This document shows positions 27,935 through 37,771 of a stretch of 60,919 nucleotides of DNA, piece by piece. Source of the DNA: Macrostomum lignano. Lineage: Eukaryota. A model generated the notes under the pieces. It made no database searches and had not been told where the DNA came from. It was given only the letters and a program-made list of their open reading frames with translations. The translations under genes were made by a program, and so were the position numbers. Every line of letters begins with the position of its first letter. Positions within the stretch are counted from its first letter, which is position 1. The DNA lies in assembly GCA_002269645.1 (NCBI GenBank), contig NIVC01000682.1, positions 1 through 60,919 on the forward strand, given 5' to 3'.

Positions 27935-29427
27935 CGTGCGGCCAGCGTCAGCTTAGAGTTCGCTATATATTTTATCAATTCTTAGTGACTACGTGTTGAA
28001 CTAAGGTTTTAAAAAGTAAATACACCGAGCACTGCTGCAACTACAGTACAGCTATAGATGCACTCTTAAACAAAGCATGATCCTGTCTGAGCTCCGTCGG
28101 AAATTTAGAGTATGAGTCAACCTTTTTTGTGCTTATTATAACTAGCTGGCGTTCAAATGAATGACATTACCCCGGTATATACACGTATGTTGTATTGTAG
28201 GATATGTACTTTTCATTAGCAAGTCAACAAGTTCAATAGTATTTATATGTAAATGTCTCTTTTTGGGGCTCCCCTGTCTCTTGATTGGCGCCCCTGTCTC
28301 TTAATTGGCGCCCGGCCTTGTCTCTGGATTGGCGCCCCAGCTACCCCATATCTTTTAGGCCGGTGGATGCTACTTCTACTACATGTAGGTGTCAAAATTT
28401 GAGCTCACGTGTCATTCGCTTACCAATCTTATTTAGTTTCTAGCACGGACTACTTCAGTAGAAGGACGCGACACGGGCAAAGCGTGCAAATTTTATTGGA
28501 GGCTGAATATTCAATTTTATGTAGTCCGACTTCAGAAACACCGAAGTATAGTTTTTTCACAGGATGCACATTACTTGTCCTTGTTGATGTGAGATATGTA
28601 ATGTATGATTAAAACGATGCAGAAACCTTAGAAATTAGTTTCAAGCGACGAGAACTAGCTTTTGTCTGGTGAGTTTCGAAGTGCGACAACTATATGGCAT
28701 AAATATGGCTCTTCAATTTGATAGTTATAGCACCTACTTTAAACGATGCTTCAGTACACGCCGTTCATTGTAACCGTGCAGCAAACCTTTAATCTGGGCG
28801 TACGAAAAACCTATTGCAGACGTACAGGTATAAATACCACCGGTTCTGTGCCCATCGCATCGGATAAATAGAATCAAAAGACGAAATAAGACAAAAGATT
28901 TTGAGAATAAGAATCTTAAGTTTTAAGTTTATAAGTAAGTTAAGGCCTACAAATGTTACAATGATTAGGGCTTACAATTGTTAAAATAATCTAAAAATTA
29001 GAAAACTGGTGCCTAATTGTGTGCCACTAGTGTGCCTTATGCATTGTATAGTTATAAACTATATGGGTTGAAGAGTAAAGGTTTTGCTTGTTTCATTGTA
29101 CTTCTGTACTATTACTCATCATTTGCCTAGCTAATTTACCTGCCCCCCTCCGCGCCTCACGCCACCTTTTCTCACCGCCTCCATATTGATTTGTTATAAC
29201 GTACATTGCAAGTCATGCACACTTACAACCCCCCGCTAAAGCCTGTGTCAACCCCGCCATATATTATATTGAGAATAAATATACCTAGCTCAAGAGTAGA
29301 CTGCGCGGACCCTTTTGATTTTGTTCTTCTACGATTGTCAATTGCGAGGCGAGCCGCCAAGTGCTGTGTTCTCAGTTCTTAAGAATCTCTTGTTAACATT
29401 TTTGGTAGCAGAGCGTGGTTCAGGTAA

Positions 29428-31578
29428 ATGGCCAGCCACGAATCGAATCAGCAGCAGACTGGCTGCTCAGAAGATGAAGAAGAAAAAGAGATCAGCACTG
29501 AGGAGCGGCTTCGCATCGAACAGTTTCGACGAGTGAAGGCAAGAACGAAGTCTGCAGGAACTAGGAGTCGAAACCGTCTGGTACTGTTGCTACAGAGCGA
29601 CACCGATCATGAAGCGATCCAGCAAGCGTGCGATGCAGCCACTGCAGCACACGAAGAGTGCGTGAAGCTGCTTGACGAATTCTATGATGAGCTCCTTCAG
29701 CAAGAAGCCACAGAAGAAGCTCGAGACAAACTTCTGGACGAGCTGGATCAAGTGGAGCAGCAGTTTCAAGACACTGTGAAATGTGTCACTCAATTCATCA
29801 CTGCTCATCAGACTGCCGTGACAGCTGCGCCTGCGGCGACTGCCGTGACAGCTGCGCCTGCGGCGACTGCCGCGACTGCCGCGACTGCGGCTACGGCCAT
29901 GCCGGTTGTGAGTGCCAGTAGTATTGATGACTCTGTAAGTGAGGCGGGCCATTCTCAGACTAGCAGCGGTGAAGCCGAGTTAGCAAAGGATCTTTGGAAG
30001 ATGCTTCGGCGTGTAGAGATCCCAAAGTTCGGCGGCGAAAAGCAGCAGTACGAATCTTGGAAAGCCGCCTTTACTGCTTGTATTGATAGAGCTCCTGCCA
30101 CGCCGGAGTTCAAATTGCTTCAACTCCGTCAATATCTTCAAGGGCCGGCTTTGAAATTAGTCGAACATCTGGGTCACTCTGCCGCTGCTTACGAGGCTGC
30201 CAAAGACAGATTGGAACGCGAATTCGGGGGCAGCCGCCGACGTATCGCTCTGTATCTTGAAGAGCTCGATAACTTTCCACCCATCCGCTCCACCAATGCA
30301 AAAGAGCTTAAGCAATTCTCTAATCTGTTAGATGTCGCAGTTGTAAATCTCGAAGAGTCTGGTAAGGTCTCAGAATTGACTGACGGGTTGTTGTACGCAA
30401 AGTTGCAGAAGAAGCTCCCTGAGCAGATGGTGGCGCGTTACCGGCGTTGGCTATTCGAAGGACATAGGCAAGAGAGCGTTAAGATGTTACGTGAGTGGGT
30501 GCTTATAGAAGCCGCTTTCCAGACAGAAGCCATGGAGATTGTGCACGGTGTGACGAGTGAAGAGAAGGTTAAGAAGGAGACGCGGTCCAAAACGTTTCTT
30601 GCAGATCATCAACAAGCGTCTCCGTCAAAATCTTGTATGCTGTGTCAAGATCAACATGAGCTGTGGAAGTGTCCAACATTTAGACAGCTGTCAATTGAAA
30701 ATCGGTGGAAGGCTGCGCAAGATTCGAAATCATGCTTTTACTGCTTAGCTCGCAGTCATGCTGCTCGGATATGCCGTCATGGACGCCGATGTGGAATCGG
30801 TGAATGCAACAAGTTTCACCACCGCTTGCTGCACTCTGACGAGGCTGCAAAAACTGAGTCGAAGAAGAATTCTCCGGCCGAAGGAGGCAAAAAGAAGGCT
30901 GAGTCGGGTCGCAAAGGAGCCGCCGTAACTATGATGGCAGGAAATGGAAGTGCAACGTCGCTGCGAACAGTTCCAGTAGTTCTCAAGGCAGGTGGCCGTG
31001 TAGTGAAGGTGAACGCACTGTTGGACGACGCGAGTACAAGGACGTATGTGAATGCAGAAATTGCTGAAGCTCTGGGACTGGAGGGCAATGTGGAGCGAGT
31101 GAAAGTGAACGTTTTGAACGGACAGACAGAGACATTGTTGACAGCTCCGGTTACGATGACGCTCGAAAGTGTAGATGGAAGTCTGAGTCGTCCGATCACG
31201 GCATTCACGACAGACAGCGTCACCGGGAAGCTGAAGGCCACGGATTGGCAGACGACAGCAGTGGATTGGAAACATCTGGAGCGTATTCCATTTCCTCAGC
31301 TCCATGCGCCGCATCTCATAGACCTGTTGATAGGAGTGGATCATGCGGAGTTACATGTGTCCTACCGAGAAGTTCGCGGTGGCCCTGGGGAGCCACAGGC
31401 ACGTTTGACTCCCCTTGGATGGACAGGTGTGGGTCCAGTAGAACAGATTCAGCATCAGACAAACTTGGCCAGCACCTTTTTCTGTCACCAGCGAGGAGAT
31501 GCTGTCACCAGTGCTGCGCAAGTTCTGGGAGGTCGAAGAAATCCGGCCAGCTCAAGATCAAAATTGGACAGCGGATGA
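29428..31578 (+). CDS. BEL/Pao Gag plus aspartic protease ORF (716 aa; the last ~25 codons are out of the pol frame)
   Basis: IPKFGG, LRQYLQGPA (BEL Gag block), three zinc knuckles (CMLCQDQHELWKC, CFYCLARSHAARIC, CGIGECNKFHHRLLH), protease motif ALLDDASTRTYV. Confidence 0.9.
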   Translation: MASHESNQQQTGCSEDEEEKEISTEERLRIEQFRRVKARTKSAGTRSRNRLVLLLQSDTDHEAIQQACDAATAAHEECVKLLDEFYDELLQQEATEEARDKLLDELDQVEQQFQDTVKCVTQFITAHQTAVTAAPAATAVTAAPAATAATAATAATAMPVVSASSIDDSVSEAGHSQTSSGEAELAKDLWKMLRRVEIPKFGGEKQQYESWKAAFTACIDRAPATPEFKLLQLRQYLQGPALKLVEHLGHSAAAYEAAKDRLEREFGGSRRRIALYLEELDNFPPIRSTNAKELKQFSNLLDVAVVNLEESGKVSELTDGLLYAKLQKKLPEQMVARYRRWLFEGHRQESVKMLREWVLIEAAFQTEAMEIVHGVTSEEKVKKETRSKTFLADHQQASPSKSCMLCQDQHELWKCPTFRQLSIENRWKAAQDSKSCFYCLARSHAARICRHGRRCGIGECNKFHHRLLHSDEAAKTESKKNSPAEGGKKKAESGRKGAAVTMMAGNGSATSLRTVPVVLKAGGRVVKVNALLDDASTRTYVNAEIAEALGLEGNVERVKVNVLNGQTETLLTAPVTMTLESVDGSLSRPITAFTTDSVTGKLKATDWQTTAVDWKHLERIPFPQLHAPHLIDLLIGVDHAELHVSYREVRGGPGEPQARLTPLGWTGVGPVEQIQHQTNLASTFFCHQRGDAVTSAAQVLGGRRNPASSRSKLDSG

Positions 31579-32845
31579 GCAAGCTGTAGTCGAGCAAGCC
31601 AAGTCTTCATTAAAGCTAACAAACGGCCGATACCAGATGGGAATTCCGTGGAAGCCAGAGGCGAAAGTTCGCTCGAATAACTATGAGATGGCGATCATAC
31701 AGCTTTGTAACACGGAGACTCGGTTGAAGAAGGATCTGGAGGTGGCAAAGCAATACCAAGCATGCCTAGAGCGATATGGGCAACAAGGCTACATTCGGCA
31801 CGTTGCAGTAGAGGGGTTCACAGCCAGGTGTTTTCTGCCGCATTTTTTGATTATTCGATTCGACAAGCTGACGACAAAGGTTCGAATCGTCTTCGATGCC
31901 TCGGCGGGCGGGAACGAAAAGTCGTTAAACTCTCTGGTCTTCCCAGGGCCGAAGCTTCAGCGAGAATTGTTTGACGTTCTGCTTCGCTTCAGGAGAGATG
32001 CAGTGGCTGTGGCTTGTGACATCTCCGAGATGTACCTCCAGATCGAAATGGCGCCGGAGGACAGGCCGACGCATAGCTTTATATGCCGTGAGATGGACTC
32101 TAGCAAGCCTGTTGAAATTTTTGAGACCAAACGCATCGTTTTCGGAAACTCGAGCTCGCCGTTTCTTGCTCAGTTCGTAGTTCGTGAGCATGCGGAACGC
32201 CTGAAAGAAGAGCTGCCATTAGCTGCAGACGCTGTTCTCAACTCCACCTATATGGACGATTGTTTAGATTCGGTCGGGTCAGAGGCTGAGGCGATCCAGC
32301 TGTTTCAAGAGTTGAAGACTCGCTGGGAGCGTGCAGGCATGGAATTGTTGAGCAGAGTGCCACTAGAAGATCGAGTAGCCGAAGTAACATTGGAAGGGAC
32401 ACCGATGCCATCCATAAAGACGCTTGGTGTAGAATGGAGAAGCGATCGGAACAAGTGCACCTTTAAAGTCGACCAGCCGTTTGCTGCGAACCGCATCAGA
32501 GAGACCAAGTCTGTCACAGATCCGGACCAGTGGAGGTGTGCCAATGCTTTGTCTCGAGGAACTTCAGCGAAGCAGCTGACGGAGGTTGACAGCTGGTGGC
32601 ATGGACAAAGGGTGACTGGTCGGAGCACAGTCGTTAGCATGAATGAGGAACGATCGGCGGTCAGACGATTAGACCCGACCATGGCGACCAGGTTCTCGAG
32701 CTCAAAGCGGCGCATCTGCATGCAAGGCGAGACAGCTCGATTCGCGACCATCTGCTGGCTGCCGCGGAGAGACGGGTGCGAGTTGCAAAAGTGCAGCTGG
32801 TTGGCAAGGCCTCCGCGAGGCCAACTGCGAGGCTGCGTCCGCTAA
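31499..32845 (+). pseudogene. BEL/Pao pol remnant: RT core present; RNase H region and integrase largely deleted
   Basis: RKFWEVE, RIVFDAS, DISEMYLQI, FGNSSSPFLA, YMDD, KTLGVEW, then abrupt jumps to ANRI..SRG..WWHG and RFSS fragments. No DDE integrase core. Frameshifted relative to Gag. Confidence 0.88.
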
Positions 32846-34196
32846 TCACGAAGGGAGGCTTTAGAACTGACTAGTTGAGGTTTTGGCCGAACTTTCTTTT
32901 GTGGCTTTTGAGAGCTTTGCTTCCCTGCGCATTAAATCCAGTTTGGTTCGATCGCATTGTGTTTTTTCACTTCTGCTGTCTATTTTTGGGAGTTTTTGTG
33001 TTTGTTTTTTGTGTCTCTTTTTTTGTTTGTTTTCTTTTTTTGTGTTTTTTGTGTTTTTTTGTGTTTTTTGCTTGTTTGGCGTTTGTTGCGAAGAGGTTTT
33101 GCATACTCTGTTCGGTTAGCTTTCCCATTTTTCAGCGTTTATCCCCTTTGCTCATTTCATCGCACTGTACGCTACATTTCAGGTTCAATCCCGTTTGCTA
33201 ATTCAGTTCGAATATTTATCGCATCCCCGTGATTCGTTTACTAACCTAATTATTTGATCCTATTTTCACTTTGTCATTTTGTCGAGCGTATTGCATCCTA
33301 GCGATTTAACTTTTTTCCTGAAAAGTACGCGGTACTATAATAATTGAATGTTTTAATTTTAAGATCTTTGTTCGAGGTGCTCTTTGTTTTGTTGGCATGT
33401 GCTCATGCCAAGAAGGGAGGTATGGATTGAAGAGTAAAGGTTTTGCTTGTTTCATTGTACTTCTGTACTGTTACTCATCATTTGCCTAGCTAATTTACCT
33501 GCCCCCCTCCGCGCCTCACGCCACCTTTTCTCACCGCCTCCATATTGATTTGTTATAACGTACATTGCAAGTCATGCACACTTACAACCCCCCCCGCTAA
33601 AGCCTGTGTCAACCCCGCCATATATTATATTGAGAATAAATATACCTAGCTCAAGAGTAGACTGCGCGGACCCTTTTGATTTTGTTCTTGCCGCCAAGTG
33701 CTGTGTTCTCAGTTCTTAAGAATCTCTTGTTAACACTATAAATCTTGTAACATTAGAGGTAGAATACCTCTTTACCTCGCTGGGCAAGCTAGAATATCTT
33801 AGTCTAACTCTAAGTCTAGCTAGAGTATAGTATTGTTGTTTATTAGGTATCCAATTTAATTAAAAATAAAGTTTCTAAAATATACTTCCTTGAACTCAAA
33901 ACAATGCAATAATACATACTATCCATGGGCATAGTCAATAGGCCCTAGATAAGATAAAAGTCGGAAGTCTTGCATAGTCAGCCAGGCGTTAAATCTTTAA
34001 AGCAACTGAGCTACTTGGTAGCAAGAATTTGCTTTTACACTTGACATGATTTAGCTTACAGTCAGTTTTTTCGGCAATCTAGTTTTACCGCGATAATTTT
34101 TTTAAAAACTTTAATTGCGAGTTAGTTACGCGGTCTACATGCATAATATGTAAAATAGCTAGGGCTTATATAAATATTATACAGTAAGCTAGGGCC

Positions 34197-34230
34197 CACA
34201 GATACTAAATACCTGTGTTTAGTATCTGTG
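34197..34230. mobile_element. 34-bp minimal TIR element (CACAGATACTAAA-8 nt-TTTAGTATCTGTG) with perfect 8-bp TSD
   Basis: 13-bp perfect inverted repeats; CTAGGGCC duplicated at 34189-34196 and 34231-34238; same terminus as 1646-2077. Confidence 0.85.
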
Positions 34231-37214
34231 CTAGGGCCTAATCTACTCGCTTTAGGCAATTTTGTAAGTAGCTAGTTATGTTTGCCCTTCAAAGTCACTC
34301 TACATCCTACCGTCTAGATAGACGCTATAGACTCGAGTATAGAGCTTACAAATTTTGTCCGACTAGAAGGGATAATGTGCGCTCTACCCGCTCCGCTCTT
34401 AATGAGTGCATTTAATGCACTTTAAGAAAGCAGCAATTTAAAATTCTACTTTGGGCTGTTTTTCTTAAAACATTAAGTACTTTGGTCATTATCCTAACAT
34501 CCGAATAAAATTACACTTTCTCATTTTTATTTAAGTAACTTATAATTTGTTTTATTCCTCTTAACTTTATTGAAAACTGCTTTCCTTGTGATATAGGCCT
34601 ATGTCAACTTGTGCTTCTTTGAAATTTAGCTGTTTTGACTATTTGTGTAGGTTCTTTGCTTTTATTTTTATGGCTATAAAATAAATTTTGCTTATATTCT
34701 ACTATCTATCAAAGCAGCTTAGTATCTTTAATGCTTGATTTCCTTTTTTGTACATTACAACTGATATAACTAATACTATAGCTCTCGTTGCAAAATGTTT
34801 ATTTTTGGTAATGGGTAAATCAATTACAATCTGCAAGTAATTATGTCTAACCAAGCAATTGTATATAGGCCCTAGGCCTATTAGAAGAAGTTAAAAAAAA
34901 CAATAATAACTAGTAATAAGGCTTAAGGCTTTTACTAAAGTCAAGGAATTTTAATCTTTAAGACATAAAATTAGGGGTCACAAAATCCTAGATTCTGTCA
35001 ATCCCAGGGCCAGGATCCTAGGATTAGGAAATGTCAAATCCTGGGATCCCGGGATTATCCCAAGATTAATATTTTTCTAGTACTATCCTTGTCGTAACAT
35101 TGTTATAATGTTATAACAACAATGTGAATTACTTTTTATCATGTGACTAATGTGAGAACATCTGCTAGGCCTATCTGCAAGTTGCAAGTAAAAATAAGCA
35201 AACACTATACTATGCAAAGCAAAATAAATGTTGCTTTTAGCAACATATATTTTTTTAGCAACAACAATACATATATTACATACTATGTAGTAGCATTAGC
35301 AGTATGCACAATACAAAACAAATGCACATGACTCGTGGACATAGTTGTGGAGTCATTGGCCTGTGGCATGAGGCACACTCACAAAGTCACAAGTCACAAG
35401 GACTTACAGTCACAACATAACTCACAACCTATTATCACCTGGGCATTCACGTTGTCACTTCACTTGTCAGTCTAAAGTCTGGACTCGTGTGTCCTATGAG
35501 TTCAAACTTTAAAATCAAATCTCAACATTAAATGATTTAAACAAGACTCAACTCAAACAAGATTAAAGACCTTACAAAGTGGGTAATGGAGAATTGACAT
35601 GTATGTGTGATATTCCATATTTGAACTAACTGCCATTTTATGATAAAATACTTGCAATTATATCAGATATTATAAAAACTTAGCATTAACATTCTAGGAT
35701 TGAATCCCAACCCTGTGAATCCCAGGATCCCAAATCCTGGAAAAAGCGCTAATAAAGTGCTATAAAAAAATAGTATTATATAATAGTTTGTATGTTTTAA
35801 AAATAAAACAATTAAATTATATAGAAGCTTGTGCAAAAAGGTAAATAAACTAAAATTGAAATAGAATATTTTATAGATAAGATAGAAAGCTAATTATAGA
35901 ATATTTTCTGTTTTCTGATCTTACAGTTAATATCAGTGGCTAAGTGGCATGGTTTTATTCAAAGTTAGGACTAGCAATGTCTATATATAAATAAATGACA
36001 AAGGTCTATGACTAGTATTTTTCATTGAGCCTAATCCATAGTTTGGATCCTATCTATATTAATGTATGCCAGGTTTAATGCTAGAAGAAATGATGAGACC
36101 TTGTTTGTATGCTAGGTTTATACATTAATGCAAAAAATTGTCATTTGACATAATGTATCAACTGTTTCATGTATACTAGGATATACCCTAATGTATGATA
36201 AAAAATACCCTTGTTATATGCCAGGAAATCCCAATGTAGATATCACGTTCCAAACTATAAGACCTAATATAATTATTAATAAAAATATATTAATAGACAG
36301 ACTTATTAAAAAAAATTGTAGTAAAAATATGACATAAAAGTATCTTTAAAAGCTTGATATAACAAATTACAAAACAGAATTGAAGCAGGCTACTTTTCTT
36401 TAATAGAGTTGAAAAAGGTAGGAAAATAACATTTTTTGAAAACTATTTAGAATATAAATAAAAGCATAGTGCTTAGTAGGCTACATTAGAATTGTGCAAA
36501 CTTATTTTTCAAAATCACAATAGACCTAGAAACTATGCATTGCATTTGTAGGCCTTGTGATAGCAAACCAATTATTAATTATATTTTCTTTTATTCCAGG
36601 CAACAATAAGTGACTAGTACTTATAGAATCTAAGCAATAAAGAGACAAGGCTAAAATATCAGCTTTATAAAACTCAAATCTGCTTTGCTAGATCAATAGG
36701 ATATTTCTCAGTGACTTTTATATTCAGATCAAAAGATTGCAACTGATTTAGTAGGCCATTGGTAAAAGGCAATTACTGCTGACGCTTGCATGTTGGCTTG
36801 CAATAAAATTTATACACATGTGTAATACCATGCTTTTGTATCTTAGCCATGCAATCTCTGAAAAGTTGCTGAGATGCTCATCTAAGAAAATGGAAAAATA
36901 GAAAAGAAAATTAATCAAGTGCAAGAAATTAATTTATTGTATTAATTTACAAAGAATATTCTACTAATTCTATTCTTACTAGCCAAGCGAGCTACACTAC
37001 CCGATTCTACTAATTAAAAAATGGGCCTAAAGAGAAAATTAAAACTTTTAAGTAAAGTATTAAAAGATTTCAGTCTAAATGTTAACACTAGCAGAAGATA
37101 ATATGAGTTATTGTAAAAAGGTAATACTAAATTATTGAAGCAAATGTGATAGAAAAGTGAACATTTTATTTGTAGTCCTATGTACTCACTTTCTTTAATT
37201 GCTATTAGTTAAGC

Positions 37215-37700
37215 AACCACTCTAGATCCTCAGTTGCTAGGCCAGCCTCCCTGATCCTCAGTTGCTGGGCCAACATCCCAGATCCCCAGTGCTGAGCCAG
37301 CCTCCCAGATCCTCAGTTGCTGGGCCAGCGAGATCCTCAGTTGCTAGGCCAGCCTCCCTGATCCTCAGTTGCTGGGCCAGCATCCCAGATCCCCAGTTGC
37401 TAGGCCAGCCTCCCAGATCCTCAGCTGTTTGTTGGGCCAGCCTCCCAGATCCTCAGTTGCTGAGCCAGCCTCCCAGATCCTCAGTTGCTGGGCCAGCATC
37501 CCAGATCCCCAGTTGCTGAGCCAGCCTCCCAGATCCTCAGTTGCTAGGCCAGCCTCCCAGATCCTCAGTTGCTGGGCCAGCCTCCCAGATCCCCAGTTGC
37601 TGAGCCAGCCTCCCAGATCCTCAGCTGTTGGGCCAGCCTCTCAGATCCTCAGTTGCTGGTCCAGCCTCTCAGATCCTCAGTTGCTGTGCCAGCCTCCCTA
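37215..37700 (+). repeat. 28-bp minisatellite (AGCCTCCCAGATCCTCAGTTGCTGGGCC)n just upstream of the RRM gene ATG
   Basis: Direct repetition, ~17 units. Confidence 0.95.
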
Positions 37701-37771
37701 AATCCCCAATTCAAGGCGTCAATGCTGAACGCCCGCAGCAATCCTATTGCCTATCGCTAACGCCGCAGAGA

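Larger units (their letters stand above)
29064..33735 (+). mobile_element. BEL/Pao LTR retrotransposon, internally deleted; LTRs 29064-29398 and 33423-33735
   Basis: TG...CA LTRs, near-identical. 5-bp TSD CTATA (29059-29063, 33736-33740). PBS TGGTAGCAGAGCGTGGTT at 29403 (consistent with initiator tRNA-Met). PPT AAGAAGGGAGGTA before the 3' LTR. Confidence 0.95.

Noticed and set aside
32875-33232. Three overlapping Phe/Cys/Val-rich membrane-like ORFs
   Set aside because: By-products of a T-rich low-complexity tract in the retrotransposon 3' region; non-ATG starts.
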